Part shown: piece after piece, positions 7,894-19,335 of the stretch
How positions within the stretch are numbered: position 1 is the first letter of the stretch
Layout: each line of letters begins with the position of its first letter
Source of the DNA: Solirubrobacterales bacterium
GTDB taxonomy: Bacteria > Actinomycetota > Thermoleophilia > Solirubrobacterales > Solirubrobacteraceae
Length of the DNA stretch: 46,403 nucleotides
Reading direction: 5' to 3'
Assembly: GCA_019240015.1 (NCBI GenBank)
Contig: JAFAZB010000231.1
Location: 1 to 46,403, forward strand
Notes under the pieces: model-generated
Seen by the model: only the letters and a program-made list of their open reading frames with translations
Told to the model about the DNA's origin: nothing
Databases searched by the model: none
Made by a program: the position numbers and the translations under genes

Positions 7894-9024
7894 TCACCCG
7901 GGCGTCTGCCGCGCCGCGTCGGCGCTGCGCCACCCGCCCACGGTCCGCCTGAGGCGGAAGTAGGCGAGCGCGCCGGGGATCGTCGGCAGCCAGAACGAGA
8001 TCAGGCGGTAAGCGAGCACGCCGAGCAAGGCGACGCTCCCCTGCGCCCCGAACGCCAGCAGGGCACCGATCGTGCCGCCCTCCACGCCCCCCACGCCGCC
8101 TGGGATCGGCAGCACGTTCGCGAGCTGTCCGATGAAATACGCCATCACGATCGCGGGGACCGGCGGCGGCGAGCCGAAGGCGTGCAGCGCCGCCCACAGC
8201 GCGGCGATGTCGAAGCCCCAGTAGGCGGGCGCCCCGAGCACCCCCAGCTCCCAGCCGCGGACGGCGGCGAACGCGATCCGCGTCGACTCGCGCAGTGTCT
8301 GGGGTGCGGTCGCGACGCGAGACAGCATTCGCAGCAGCCGCCTCGATGAGCGCATTCCCGCCGTGATCCGACGCTCGAGACCGAGTGGCAGTACGGCCAA
8401 CGCCACCGTGAGCGTGATCGCCGCGGCGGCGATCACCGCCGGCACCACGGTCAGCGTCCACGGCGCCTGACCGGGGAGCACGCCGATCCGCAGGCCGGCG
8501 CCAAAGATCAGCAGCGCGCCGGCGAACACCGAGTAGAGCAGCAGTTCGAAGGTGACCATCCGGCGGGCGATCACCCGCGGCTGGAGCCCCGATGCCCGCA
8601 GCGCCCACACTGTCAGCGCCACGCCGCCCGCCCCCGCGGTCGACAGAAGCTTGCTGGCAACGGTCCCCGCGAGCGTGATCTGATAGCTCTCCCGCCAGCC
8701 GATGTGCACGCCGTGACAGGAGAACACGGTCCTGAACAACAGCCCGTAGCCGGCCAGCGAGATCGCCTCGACCACGAACCCGAGCGCGATCCACCACAGA
8801 TCGGCATGGCGCAGGCGGCGCAGCGTCCCCGACAGGCCGCTCAGCTCCGGAACCACGAAGTACACGAAGCCCACGATCGCGGCGATCACCACCGCTGCTC
8901 CGACCGCCCGCCGGTGGCGGCGCAGGAGGCGCGCCAGCTTCCGCACGGGCCGATCTCGCGGGCGGCGCTCGCCAGGCTTGCCAGGTGCCCGCGTCGCCGA
9001 GGCCATCGGGTTCAGCTCACCCAC
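7894..9024 (-). CDS. Lysylphosphatidylglycerol synthase TM-domain (YbhN/UPF0104-like) membrane protein
   Basis: Multi-TM; PIPGGVGGVEG and YRLISFWLP motifs. Confidence 0.88.
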   Translation of the reverse strand: MGELNPMASATRAPGKPGERRPRDRPVRKLARLLRRHRRAVGAAVVIAAIVGFVYFVVPELSGLSGTLRRLRHADLWWIALGFVVEAISLAGYGLLFRTVFSCHGVHIGWRESYQITLAGTVASKLLSTAGAGGVALTVWALRASGLQPRVIARRMVTFELLLYSVFAGALLIFGAGLRIGVLPGQAPWTLTVVPAVIAAAAITLTVALAVLPLGLERRITAGMRSSRRLLRMLSRVATAPQTLRESTRIAFAAVRGWELGVLGAPAYWGFDIAALWAALHAFGSPPPVPAIVMAYFIGQLANVLPIPGGVGGVEGGTIGALLAFGAQGSVALLGVLAYRLISFWLPTIPGALAYFRLRRTVGGWRSADAARQTPG

Positions 9025-9845
9025 TCACTGGTTCGCTCCCACAGCTCGGCGGCGAGCTCAGGCGTCGCGGCAGCAGCGGGCCGAGCGCGGCGACGCTCGT
9101 CGTAGTACTGCCCGCTCTCGCCCGCGAGCTCGGGGGCGGTAGCGCAGTACACCGGGGCGGCGGCCCCCTCGGCGGGCGACTTCATCCTCAGCTTCATCAG
9201 CCAACGCGCGGGCCACGGGACCCGGCGCCAGATGTCGGACGCGATCACCCCCGGGTGCAGCGCATAGGTGGTCACTCCCGTGCCCTCTAGCCGTCGCGCC
9301 AACTCCTGCGCGTGGAGCACGTTGCCAAGCTTTGAGACCGCGTACTCGGGCATCCCGGTGATGCTCTTGGTGGGCTGGCGAACGGCCGTGTAGTCGATCC
9401 CCTTGGCGCTGTAGTGCGCCTCGCTGGCCACGTTGACGATCCGTGACGGGGCCGACGCACGCAGGCGGTCGAGCAGCAGGCTGGTGAGCAGAAACGGTCC
9501 CACGTAATTGGTGCCAAAGGCGAGCTCGAAGCCGCTCTCGGTGAGGCCTCGCTGTCCCGCCAGGCCGGCGTTGTTGACCAGCGCGTGGAGCGGCTCGCCG
9601 GTCGCGAGGAATGCCTGCGCGCATTTCCTGACCGATGACAGCTCGCCCAGGTCGAGCGGCAGGAACCGCAGCGCTGCGGTGCCGGTCTGCGAGGCGATCT
9701 GATCGATCACCGGCCGCGTCCTGGCCTCCGAGCGGCCGGCTAGGAACACCTTCGCGCCGCCGCCTGCCAGCGCCCGGACGATCTCTGCCCCGATTCCCGT
9801 GTTGGCACCGGTGACGAGGAACGTCCGGCCCTCGAGCTCTCCCAT
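9012..9845 (-). CDS. SDR oxidoreductase (retinol dehydrogenase-like)
   Basis: TGANTGIG, NNAG, YAVSK, LHPG. Confidence 0.93.
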   Translation of the reverse strand: MGELEGRTFLVTGANTGIGAEIVRALAGGGAKVFLAGRSEARTRPVIDQIASQTGTAALRFLPLDLGELSSVRKCAQAFLATGEPLHALVNNAGLAGQRGLTESGFELAFGTNYVGPFLLTSLLLDRLRASAPSRIVNVASEAHYSAKGIDYTAVRQPTKSITGMPEYAVSKLGNVLHAQELARRLEGTGVTTYALHPGVIASDIWRRVPWPARWLMKLRMKSPAEGAAAPVYCATAPELAGESGQYYDERRRARPAAAATPELAAELWERTSEWVS

Positions 9846-9880
9846 GCGCAGAGCATAGGCCCGCGCACGGGCCGGCTCGA

Positions 9881-10291
9881 CTAAGCCGTCAACCGAAGCC
9901 GCTCGAGCACGTCGTCGCGGTCGAGGCCACTGGGTCCGAGGACGCGGTCGAACTGCCGCCCGTAGACCTCCATCACGGCCAGCAGCAGATCGGTCGTCCC
10001 GACCGTGATGGCTCCCCGTTGGTGCGCGATCCTGGTCGCGGTGTCGGTGACGGTCGCCACCACGTCGGGGTCGCCGCCGTAGACTCGACGGAGCGGCTGT
10101 TCGTGGCCGCCCTCCTCGAGCGGCGTCTCGCTGATGCCCAGCGCACTGAGCATGCCGCCGGCCGAGCCATGGAGTCGCAGCAGGCGCAGCCAGCGCTCCA
10201 CCTCGGCCTCGCGCGAGGACGCGAACGGCATCGCGGTCGACGCGATCCCGAGCACCATCGCCGCGTCTGCGGTGAGCACGATCTCGGTCAT
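9881..10291 (-). CDS. Stand-alone Clp N-terminal (Clp repeat)-like protein
   Basis: ATRIAHQRGAITVGTTDLLLAVME resembles a Clp-N repeat. ATG at 10291 directly follows the STAS gene. Confidence 0.6.
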   Translation of the reverse strand: MTEIVLTADAAMVLGIASTAMPFASSREAEVERWLRLLRLHGSAGGMLSALGISETPLEEGGHEQPLRRVYGGDPDVVATVTDTATRIAHQRGAITVGTTDLLLAVMEVYGRQFDRVLGPSGLDRDDVLERLRLTA

Positions 10292-10307
10292 CGCTGGGCG
10301 ACCCGGG

Positions 10308-10706
10308 TCACCGCGCGGTGTCGCCGCGCGCGAAGTCCACCGCCGAGTCGAGCGTCTCGAACAGCTCGAAGCGACTGTCCAGACCGGTGATCTGGAACGT
10401 GCGCAGCACGCTCTGGTGCGGGCAGGCGAGGGCGAGCCGTCCCTTGGGCGCAAGCACCTTGCAGATGCCAACCAATACGCCGAGCGCCGTCGAGTCCAGG
10501 AAGCTGACCGCTGAGAGATCGAGCACGAGGCGGTCGTGGCCCGACTCGATCAGCTCCGCCAAGGTCCATTTGAGCGTCGGCGCGGTAGTCAGGTCGAGCT
10601 CGCCAGCGGGCGTGACGACGCTGGTGTGCTGATCGAGCGAATGGTGGCTGATCGCGAACGCCGCATCGCTCGGGCTGTGAGTGTTGGACATCTGGACGTC
10701 GAGCAT
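10308..10706 (-). CDS. STAS-domain anti-sigma factor antagonist
   Basis: GELDL.TAP.L, LVLDLSAVSFLDSTALGVLV (phospho-Ser motif), F.ITGL. Confidence 0.93.
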   Translation of the reverse strand: MLDVQMSNTHSPSDAAFAISHHSLDQHTSVVTPAGELDLTTAPTLKWTLAELIESGHDRLVLDLSAVSFLDSTALGVLVGICKVLAPKGRLALACPHQSVLRTFQITGLDSRFELFETLDSAVDFARGDTAR

Positions 10707-10827
10707 GAAGGTCCCTGCCCTTACCCGAACGGGAGGACAGTTCCTCGTTTCGGCCCGCGGCCGGTATCTGTTACGACTCGGGCCGTCGCTTGGACGAACG
10801 TCGCACGGCAACGCGCTTGGCCCACGC

Positions 10828-11709
10828 CTAGTTTCCGATCGGGCCGAGTCGCGGCTCGCGACCGTGGAGCGAGAAGGCGCGAAACCGGGAGAAGATCGTG
10901 TGCCCGGGACCGTGGAAGTCAGACGAGCCCGTGGTCAGCAGGCCGAGGCTCGCGGCGGCCTCGTCGACCAAGGCGGTCTGGTCAGCGTCGTGCGTGGGAT
11001 AGAAGGCTTCCACGCCGTCGACGCCGAGCGCCTTGAAGTCGCGCAGCGTCGCGCTCACCTGCTCGGGATCGTCGATCTCCCAGAACGGGTGGGCCCAGAC
11101 CGCGACGCCGCCCGCGGCGTGGATCAGCTCGATCGCCTCCGCGACCCGGGGCATCGTTCGCGGACGGTAGGCGGGGCGTCCGGGGAGCAGGTAGGCCTCG
11201 AGCACCTGCTCGGGTCGCTCCAAGCCCTCGGCGGCGAGACGATCCGCGTTGCCCGGCTCCTCCCAGACGGCGCGGGCCAGATGCGGACGTCCGACCGCGC
11301 CGCCGCTACGCCGGCGCTCCGCCAGCACCCTCGGATCGAGCTCGAATCCCTGCTGCTCGAGCGCCTCGCGCATGCGATCGGCACGGGCCCGCCGGTCCTC
11401 GCGGAAGCGCTCAAGCGCGTCGAGCAGGCTCCGTCCGCGGTGATCGACCCTGTAACCGAGGATGTGAAGATCCTCCTCGGCAGCGTGCAGGGCCGAGATC
11501 TCGACCGCCGGCACGATCGTCACGCCGCTCGCCGGGCCCGCCTCGATCGCCTCCTGGACCCCGCCGACGGTGTCGTGATCGGTCAGGGCCAGCAGTCTCA
11601 CCCCGGCGTCCGCCGCTCCAGCCACCACCTCGCTCGGCGTCAACTCTCCGTCGGAGTGGTGAGAGTGGGACTGGAGGTCGAAGCGGGGCCCGCCAGCCGC
11701 GACGCTCAC
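10828..11709 (-). CDS. PHP-domain phosphoesterase (YciV/TrpH-like)
   Basis: DLQSHSHHSDG, LTDHD, HILGY, GRPH, AHP, SDFHG metal ligands. Confidence 0.92.
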   Translation of the reverse strand: MSVAAGGPRFDLQSHSHHSDGELTPSEVVAGAADAGVRLLALTDHDTVGGVQEAIEAGPASGVTIVPAVEISALHAAEEDLHILGYRVDHRGRSLLDALERFREDRRARADRMREALEQQGFELDPRVLAERRRSGGAVGRPHLARAVWEEPGNADRLAAEGLERPEQVLEAYLLPGRPAYRPRTMPRVAEAIELIHAAGGVAVWAHPFWEIDDPEQVSATLRDFKALGVDGVEAFYPTHDADQTALVDEAAASLGLLTTGSSDFHGPGHTIFSRFRAFSLHGREPRLGPIGN

Positions 11710-12191
11710 GGCTGCGCGCCCACAGCGCTCCCGTAGCTCAACCCCGGGACGCGCGCCGGGAGGCGGTCGGTCGCGGGCTCGGTCTCAGGCTGCTCCCGAC
11801 GGAGGAACGCGTAGACCCCGAGCAGGACGCCCGCGAGCGTGAACAGGCCCCAGGCGATCCCCTGGCCGACCTGGGTGGCGATCGGTCCCGGGCACGAGTC
11901 GCAGATGCCCCAGCCGATGCCGAACAGGAGGCTGCCGATGATATGCCGCCGAGCCGGTCGCTCGGGCCGCCAGCCGATCGGCGCGTCGACCAGCAGCGCG
12001 CGAGCGCGGAGGCGGCGCAGGAGTGCCAGCCCGACGCTCGCCACCAGCACCGCCGAGGCAAAGAACAGGAACAGGTAGGAGCGCTCGAACAATAGCGCCT
12101 CACGAACCACCTGCGGGCTGGTCATCCCGCTCCACGCGAGGACCACGCCGAACACCAGCCCGAGGCCGAGTCCTCCGAGCCGCGGACGCAC
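11706..12191 (-). CDS. YeeE/YedE-family sulfur-compound transporter half, subunit 2
   Basis: FG..L..SGM..P, GSLLFGIGWG...CPGP. Confidence 0.88.
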   Translation of the reverse strand: MRPRLGGLGLGLVFGVVLAWSGMTSPQVVREALLFERSYLFLFFASAVLVASVGLALLRRLRARALLVDAPIGWRPERPARRHIIGSLLFGIGWGICDSCPGPIATQVGQGIAWGLFTLAGVLLGVYAFLRREQPETEPATDRLPARVPGLSYGSAVGAQP

Positions 12192-12653
12192 CTAGACCAA
12201 CCACCTGGTGATGAAGCTGATCGCGATCGCGGTGGCGAAGAAGGTCGCGGTCGCGGCGATCCCGGCGGGCGAGCGCATCGCGGTGGCGCTCAGCCCGTTG
12301 CCCGACGTGCAGCCCCCGGCGAGCTTTGCGCCAAAGCCGATCAAGACCCCGGACAGAAGCAGGATCGGGGCGATCAGCAGCCGTTCGGAGCCGTGCAGGC
12401 TCGCCGTCAGCCACCCGTACCCGTGGAAGTCCGGGCCGCCCGAAGCAAGCGCGAACAAGCCTCCCCCGAGCAGCACCCCGATCAGGAACCACCCCCGCCA
12501 ATCGAACCCGATCCGCCGCTCTCTCAAGCGCCCCACCAGCTCGGAGTAGCCGCCCGTGATCCCCAGCCGTCCGTTGAACAGGGCCCGGCAAGCGACTACG
12601 CACAGCCCCATCAGGGGGCCCGCGACGTACCAGGCCAGCTGCGGATGAAGCAT
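12192..12653 (-). CDS. YeeE/YedE-family sulfur-compound transporter half, subunit 1
   Basis: GRLGITG, G.LIGFGAKLAGGCTSG. GGAGG SD before the ATG at 12653. Confidence 0.88.
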   Translation of the reverse strand: MLHPQLAWYVAGPLMGLCVVACRALFNGRLGITGGYSELVGRLRERRIGFDWRGWFLIGVLLGGGLFALASGGPDFHGYGWLTASLHGSERLLIAPILLLSGVLIGFGAKLAGGCTSGNGLSATAMRSPAGIAATATFFATAIAISFITRWLV

Positions 12654-12730
12654 CGCGCCTCCTTCGAGATCTACCCTGCGCCGCGCGTCGACGCCCGCCA
12701 TCTCAGGATAGCCGCTCGGATTTCGGGTCT

Positions 12731-13693
12731 TTAGGGCCGCGCTCCTCGAGCTCGGCTCGCGGCTTCGAACTCGAGGTCGAGCTCCGTCCGCACGCCGAGC
12801 CGGTGCAGCGCCTCGTTTGCCTGCTCGAGGCTGTCGGCGTCGGCTACCGCCCGCGCCAGGCGCCCGGTCGCCTGCATCGTGATTTCCACATCCAGATAGA
12901 ACGTCAGGGCGGCCGTGGCGGTCAGCTCGAGCGTCCGCGCGCCCCCGCGAATCGTCGCGATGCCGGCGGCTCCCCGGAACGCCCGCACGGCCTGCGCGCT
13001 GGCCTCGGTGGGCACCAGTCCGATCGCGTGCTCGAGTCGCTTCGCGACCGGGTCGGTGAGGCCGCGGGCGCCGCATAGCCCGCCCGCGGCGGCGATCTGG
13101 GCGAGCCGTGCGAGGACCTCCTGTGGAGTCAGCTCGGCATCGCAACCCACCCCGAAGATGCCCGCGAGCACCGGCGCGCCGCGGGCAGCGAGACCGGCGG
13201 CCGCCGCGAGCATGACCGCGTCACACAGCGGGCTGCGAAGCCCCGCCTCGTCTCCTTGCGCGAGCAGATCGCCGCCCACGTCGATGAACACGATCAGGTC
13301 GCGGTCGAGCGTTGCGGCAGCGCTCGCGAGCGCGCCGGCGATCGCCGCCGGCCCGGCTTGAATGTCGACCAGCAGCGTCTGCTCGCCGAGGAACTCGGCC
13401 ATCCTCGCCTCGGCGAAGTACATGTCCCTGCCTCGCGCCCGGGTCGAGGGCCCGGCCAGCAGGATCCCGGGCGCGATCTCCTCCGCCGCTTCGATTTCGC
13501 TTACTCGCCGTGGCCCGGGGACCGCGTCGATCGGCAGCCGCTCCCAGGCGATCCCGCCGACAACCGGGTCGGCGTGGTCGTAGAGGCGCATGGACTCCGC
13601 GGTGGCGAGCGCCCCGACCACGTCTCCACCCCCGCCCATGCCGAGGACCAGCGGGCGTTTGGCACGGCGAAGCAGCTGCTCGGCGTCCTGCAT
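12731..13693 (-). CDS. DUF1152-family protein
   Basis: G.GGGGDV, DVGGD.LA.G.E.GLRSPL.DA, G.GCD.EL, TEAS motifs. Confidence 0.82.
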   Translation of the reverse strand: MQDAEQLLRRAKRPLVLGMGGGGDVVGALATAESMRLYDHADPVVGGIAWERLPIDAVPGPRRVSEIEAAEEIAPGILLAGPSTRARGRDMYFAEARMAEFLGEQTLLVDIQAGPAAIAGALASAAATLDRDLIVFIDVGGDLLAQGDEAGLRSPLCDAVMLAAAAGLAARGAPVLAGIFGVGCDAELTPQEVLARLAQIAAAGGLCGARGLTDPVAKRLEHAIGLVPTEASAQAVRAFRGAAGIATIRGGARTLELTATAALTFYLDVEITMQATGRLARAVADADSLEQANEALHRLGVRTELDLEFEAASRARGARP

Positions 13694-13714
13694 GGAGCTG
13701 TTGTACCTGGCCGC

Positions 13715-14395
13715 CTAAGCGGGTGTCGTAGCCCCGATGTGATCGAGCACCGCCTCGAGCGCGGCCTGGTTGCTGGTCACGACGGGAATTTGCAGCGTCC
13801 GCTCGATGCGCTCCCTGGCATCGAGCGCGCGGAAGTTGGTGCACGAGACGAACAGCAGCTCGAACTCGGCTCGTTCGAAGCACTCGGCGGCAAGCCGCAC
13901 GATCCGCTCGGGCTCGACCGCCGCGATCTCTGAGTTCGCGCGGATCCCGAGGCCGTCGATCGCCGCCACCCGGAGGCCGTCTGCCTCCAGCGCCGCGCGG
14001 ATCTTGTCGTTGAGGCTCTCGACGTATGGCGTGATCACGCCGACCCGTTCGGCGCGACGAGCGGCGATCGCCCGTCGCACCGCGGCCGCGACGCCGATCG
14101 TCTCTGCACCGGTCTGCGCGGCGATCCGCGCGAGCAACTCCGCCTCCGAGGCGTTGCCGCGCAGTGCCCCGGCGCTGGTGCAGGCGAACACGACGACGTC
14201 GGGGCTCAGCGTCGCGATGTCCTTCACCGCCGCGGATAGGTGCCGGTCGAGCATCGCCGACTCGTGCTCCGGAGTCACCTCCTCCAGGAACATGCGCGCC
14301 GTGTGCAGGGTCGCCATGCTCGGCAGCCGGCGGTAGAAGTCGACCTCGGCGACGGTATTGGAAGAGGGGACGAGCAACCCCACGCGCACCGGCAT
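13715..14395 (-). CDS. Maleate cis-trans isomerase / Asp-Glu racemase-family protein
   Basis: [32 protein letters not shown]; both catalytic Cys present. Confidence 0.9.
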   Translation of the reverse strand: MPVRVGLLVPSSNTVAEVDFYRRLPSMATLHTARMFLEEVTPEHESAMLDRHLSAAVKDIATLSPDVVVFACTSAGALRGNASEAELLARIAAQTGAETIGVAAAVRRAIAARRAERVGVITPYVESLNDKIRAALEADGLRVAAIDGLGIRANSEIAAVEPERIVRLAAECFERAEFELLFVSCTNFRALDARERIERTLQIPVVTSNQAALEAVLDHIGATTPA

Positions 14396-14471
14396 ATCGA
14401 TGCCATTACCCGGCTGCGGAAGCGATCGAACGGGCGGGCGGTTTTCGCGCCCGTCGGGTACGGTCTCGCCG

Positions 14472-15215
14472 GTGCTCGGCCTACCGGACAGCGTGAGGGC
14501 ATGTCTGTTCGATCTCGACGGCGTGTTGACCCAGACCGCCAAGGTGCACGCTGCCGCCTGGAAGGAGATGTTCGATCAGTACCTGCGGGCGCGGGCGGAC
14601 CGGGAGGGGGAGCGGTTCACGCCGTTTGACGCGGTCCGCGACTACGACGAGTACGTCGACGGCAAGCCCCGCTACGACGGGGTTCGCTCGTTCCTCTCCG
14701 CCCGGGGAATCGAGCTTCCGCAGGGAACGGCCCAGGATCCTCCGGACGCTGAGACGATCGATGGGCTCGGCAACCGCAAGAACGAGCTCGTGCTGCGCAT
14801 GATCCGCCGGGACGGGGTGCAGCCTTACGATGGCTCCGTCCGCTATGTCGAGGCGGCCCGCGAAGCGGGGCTGCGTCGCGTGGTGGTCTCCTCGAGCACC
14901 AACTGCCACGACGTGCTGGTCGCCGCCGGGATCGACCAGCTGTTCGAGCAGATCGTCGACGGCCACGTGGCCGAGCGCGAGCAGCTGAAGGGAAAGCCCG
15001 CGCCTGACACGTTCCTCGCCGGGGCCCGTCGCGCGGGCGTGGAGCCCGCCCAGGCGGCCGTCTTCGAGGACGCGCTGGCAGGGGTGGAGGCTGGCCGGGC
15101 GGGTAGCTTCGGGCTCGTGGTGGGGGTCGACCGGGCCGGCCAGGCGCAGGCGCTCAAGGCACACGGGGCCGATGTCGTGGTCAGCGACCTGGCAGAGCTG
15201 TTGTCCGCGCCGTGA
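14472..15215 (+). CDS. HAD-family beta-phosphoglucomutase-like hydrolase
   Basis: [37 protein letters not shown]; coupled to the GH65 gene. Confidence 0.92.
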   Translation: MLGLPDSVRACLFDLDGVLTQTAKVHAAAWKEMFDQYLRARADREGERFTPFDAVRDYDEYVDGKPRYDGVRSFLSARGIELPQGTAQDPPDAETIDGLGNRKNELVLRMIRRDGVQPYDGSVRYVEAAREAGLRRVVVSSSTNCHDVLVAAGIDQLFEQIVDGHVAEREQLKGKPAPDTFLAGARRAGVEPAQAAVFEDALAGVEAGRAGSFGLVVGVDRAGQAQALKAHGADVVVSDLAELLSAP

Positions 15216-17572
15216 TTCAGCAGTCGGCATTCGCGGTCGAGCCCTGGGAGGTCCGCGAGACCGAGCTCGACCTCGAGAAGCTCGCCCAGACGGAGTCCGT
15301 GTTCGCCCTCGCCAACGGGCACATCGGACTGCGGGCGAACCTCGATGAAGGCGAGCCGTACGGGATCCCCGGCACGTATCTGGCGGGCGTGTTCGAGGTG
15401 CGCCCGCTTCCCTATGCGGAGTCGGGCTATGGCTTTCCCGAGGCGGGGCAGACGGTCGTCAACGTCACCAACGGCAAGCTGATCCGGCTGCTGGTCGAGG
15501 ACGAGCCGTTCGACGTTCGCTACGGCGAGCTGCGCAGCCACGAGCGGGTGTTGGATCTACGCGCCGGAGTGCTGCGGCGCAAGCTCGAGTGGGTCTCCCC
15601 CACCGGGCAGCGGGTGCGGATCACCTCCACGCGGTTGGTGTCCTTCTCGCAGCGCGCGGTCGCGGCGGTCCGCTACGAGGTCGTGCCGCTCGAGGCCCGG
15701 ACGGCGGTGGTGCTGCAGTCCGAGCTGGTCGCAAACGAGCCGCTGCCGGGCGGGGAAGCAGACCCTCGTGCGGCCGCGGCGCTCGCCTCGCCGCTGCGCT
15801 CAGAGTTCTCCGACTGTCGGGATATGCGAGCGCTGCTCGTGCACTCCACCAAGGCCAGCGACCTGCGCGTCGCCGCCGCGATGGATCACATCGTGCACGG
15901 CCCGCCTGACACCGAGACCGCGGTGGAGAGCTTCGAGGACTCCGCCCGGCTGACGGTCTCCGCTGAGCTCGACCCGGACAAGCCGCTGCGGCTGACCAAG
16001 TTCGTGGCGTACGGATGGTCCGGCGAGCGGTCGCTGACGGCGGTCCGCGCCCAGGTGGCGGCGGCGCTGGCGGGCGCGCACCACACCGGGTGGGACGGCC
16101 TGCTCGCCGACCAGCGAGCCTACCTGGACGACTTCTGGCAACGCGCGGACGTCGAGATCGAAGGCGACGCCGAGCTCCAGCAGGCGGTGCGCTTCGGCCT
16201 GTTTCACACCCTGCAGGCGGGCGCCCGCGGCGAGCAGCGCGCGATCGCGGCAAAGGGCCTCACGGGCCCCGGCTACGACGGCCACACGTTCTGGGATACC
16301 GAGAGCTTCGTGCTGCCGGTGCTGACCTACACCGCTCCGCACGCGGTCGCCGACGCCCTGCGCTGGCGACACCGGACGCTCGAGCTCGCGCGTGAGCGCG
16401 CCCATCTGCTCGGCTTGGCAGGCGCCACGTTTCCTTGGCGCACGATTCACGGTCAGGAGTGCTCCGGTTACTGGCCGGCGGGGACGGCCGCGTTTCACAT
16501 CAACGCCGACATCGCCGATGCGGTCGCCCGCTACCGCGGCGCCACCGAGGACGACGCATTCGAGCGAGAGGTCGGGTTGGAGCTGCTGGTCGAGACCGCC
16601 AGGCTGTGGCGTTCGCTCGGCCATCACGACGCCGCGGGCCGGTTTCGCATCGATGGCGTGACCGGTCCCGATGAGTACAGCGCGATCGCGGACAACAACG
16701 TCTACACGAACCTGATGGCACAGCGGAACCTGCGGGCGGCCGTGGACGCGGCCGAGCGCTGCCGGGCCGAGGCCGCCGCGCTCGGAGTCGACGACGAGGA
16801 GACCGCCAGCTGGCGCGACGCGGCCCAGGCGATGCTGATCCCGTTCGACGAAGCCAAGCAGGTCCATCCCCAGGCGGAGGGGTTCACCGACCACGCGGTC
16901 TGGGACTTCAAGCGAACCCGTCCGGAGCAGTATCCGCTGCTGCTCCACTTCCCCTACTTCGAGCTGTATCGCAAGCAGGTCGTCAAGCAGGCGGATCTGG
17001 TGCTCGCCATGCACCTGCGCGGGGACGCCTTCAGCGATCAGCAGAAGGCCCGCAACTTCGACTATTACGAGCAGCTCACGGTGCGCGACTCCTCGCTGTC
17101 GGCCTGCACGCAGGCCGTGCTCGCCGCCGAGGTTGGTCACCCGGAGCTCGCCTATGACTACTTCGCCGAAGCGGCCCTGATGGACCTCGACGACCTCGAG
17201 CACAACACCCGCGACGGCGTCCACATCGCCTCGCTGGCCGGAAGCTGGATCGCGGCCGTCGCCGGCCTCGGCGGCCTGCGCGACTACGACGGCGCGCTGC
17301 GCTTCGCCCCCCGCCTGCCGGGCGCCCTGGTCCGGCTGCGGTTCAGGGTTACCTTCAGGGGGAGGCTGCTGCTGGTCGACGTCGATCACGACCGAGCCGC
17401 CTACTCGCTGCTCGACGGGCCCCCGCTGGAGCTCACCCACCACGGCGAGCGGATCACGGTGCAGGGTGAGGAGCCCGTCGTGCTTGCGGTCCCGCGGGCA
17501 CCCACCCGGCCGGCCCCCGCCCAGCCGCAGGGACGCGCGCCCGCGCGACGCCGACCGCCGCAGCGTGGATAG
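15212..17572 (+). CDS. Glycoside hydrolase family 65 (trehalose/maltose/kojibiose phosphorylase-like)
   Basis: [41 protein letters not shown]. Confidence 0.95.
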   Translation: MIQQSAFAVEPWEVRETELDLEKLAQTESVFALANGHIGLRANLDEGEPYGIPGTYLAGVFEVRPLPYAESGYGFPEAGQTVVNVTNGKLIRLLVEDEPFDVRYGELRSHERVLDLRAGVLRRKLEWVSPTGQRVRITSTRLVSFSQRAVAAVRYEVVPLEARTAVVLQSELVANEPLPGGEADPRAAAALASPLRSEFSDCRDMRALLVHSTKASDLRVAAAMDHIVHGPPDTETAVESFEDSARLTVSAELDPDKPLRLTKFVAYGWSGERSLTAVRAQVAAALAGAHHTGWDGLLADQRAYLDDFWQRADVEIEGDAELQQAVRFGLFHTLQAGARGEQRAIAAKGLTGPGYDGHTFWDTESFVLPVLTYTAPHAVADALRWRHRTLELARERAHLLGLAGATFPWRTIHGQECSGYWPAGTAAFHINADIADAVARYRGATEDDAFEREVGLELLVETARLWRSLGHHDAAGRFRIDGVTGPDEYSAIADNNVYTNLMAQRNLRAAVDAAERCRAEAAALGVDDEETASWRDAAQAMLIPFDEAKQVHPQAEGFTDHAVWDFKRTRPEQYPLLLHFPYFELYRKQVVKQADLVLAMHLRGDAFSDQQKARNFDYYEQLTVRDSSLSACTQAVLAAEVGHPELAYDYFAEAALMDLDDLEHNTRDGVHIASLAGSWIAAVAGLGGLRDYDGALRFAPRLPGALVRLRFRVTFRGRLLLVDVDHDRAAYSLLDGPPLELTHHGERITVQGEEPVVLAVPRAPTRPAPAQPQGRAPARRRPPQRG

Positions 17573-17584
17573 GCGTGTAGGGAG

Positions 17585-18178
17585 CTAGCCGGGCAGTCCC
17601 GGGACCCCGGGAAGCCCCGCGATCCAGCCGTTGTAGCCCGCGAAGCAGTCGTGATGAGATGAGCCGTTGCCGGCGGGCCAGTTGACGCCGTCGTTATAGA
17701 ACACGTCCGCCTGCTGCCCGTCGGAAGCAATCTCGGTGGAGCTGCTCGCGCTCGCGACCTGGGCGAACGCCCCGGGGCTCAACGGATTCGCCGCGGTACG
17801 GTCGAGCGCGTCGCTATCGCGGTGGATCACGACGTCCGTTCCCGCCGGCACCGGACCGCCACCGTCGAGGTCGGCGGTCGTGTTTGCCCTGACCTCGAAG
17901 GACACCTTGTTTTGGCCCTTGCCGTCCTTGGAGCACGCGGCGAAGAACGTGAAGTGACCGTTGCGGCCGAGCGTGACGGTCTGCCCGGCCTTGATGAACG
18001 CCTCTCCGTGCGAGTAGGCGAAGTGCCGGTATTGCAGATAGAAGCTCGGCGGTGCGCCCCCGAGATGCTTGGCGTTATTCGCCGTGATCGCGGCGTAGCT
18101 GGTGCCGCCGAGGGCAACGAACAGCGCGGTGAGCCCAATCGCCATCGAGGGGGTGGGCCGCGGAAAGCGGATCTTCAT
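17585..18178 (-). CDS. Secreted hypothetical protein
   Basis: Signal PSMAIGLTALFVALGGTSYAA; NAKHLGG; two Cys; C-terminal GLPGVPGLPG. SD AAGGA. Confidence 0.75.
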   Translation of the reverse strand: MKIRFPRPTPSMAIGLTALFVALGGTSYAAITANNAKHLGGAPPSFYLQYRHFAYSHGEAFIKAGQTVTLGRNGHFTFFAACSKDGKGQNKVSFEVRANTTADLDGGGPVPAGTDVVIHRDSDALDRTAANPLSPGAFAQVASASSSTEIASDGQQADVFYNDGVNWPAGNGSSHHDCFAGYNGWIAGLPGVPGLPG

Positions 18179-18249
18179 GCAGGTTCCTTGTGGTCGTGGT
18201 GGCAGGCGCAACGGCCAGCCGACGGCTGCCTGTCAACCGACGCCTGGCG

Positions 18250-19242
<993 letters not shown>

Positions 19243-19276
19243 CGGCAACATCGTAGGGCCTCGTTCGACGCGACGT

Positions 19277-19307
19277 CGATCACTTTTGCGCGTCCCGCCG
19301 GTCTAAG
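19277..19307 (+). promoter_or_regulatory. SigG-type promoter motif upstream of the cupin gene
   Basis: CGATCA-N18-GTCTAAG. Confidence 0.55.
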
Positions 19308-19335
19308 TGACACCGGACTCTGGAGGAGCCTCGAC

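Noticed and set aside
11706-12653. Selenoprotein recoding near YeeE/YedE
   Set aside because: Motif positions are ordinary Cys codons; no in-frame TGA or sel genes seen.
17490-17572. Arrest-like RAP motifs at the GH65 C-terminus
   Set aside because: RAPT and RAPA are not RAPP, and the next gene is convergent, so there is nothing downstream to regulate.
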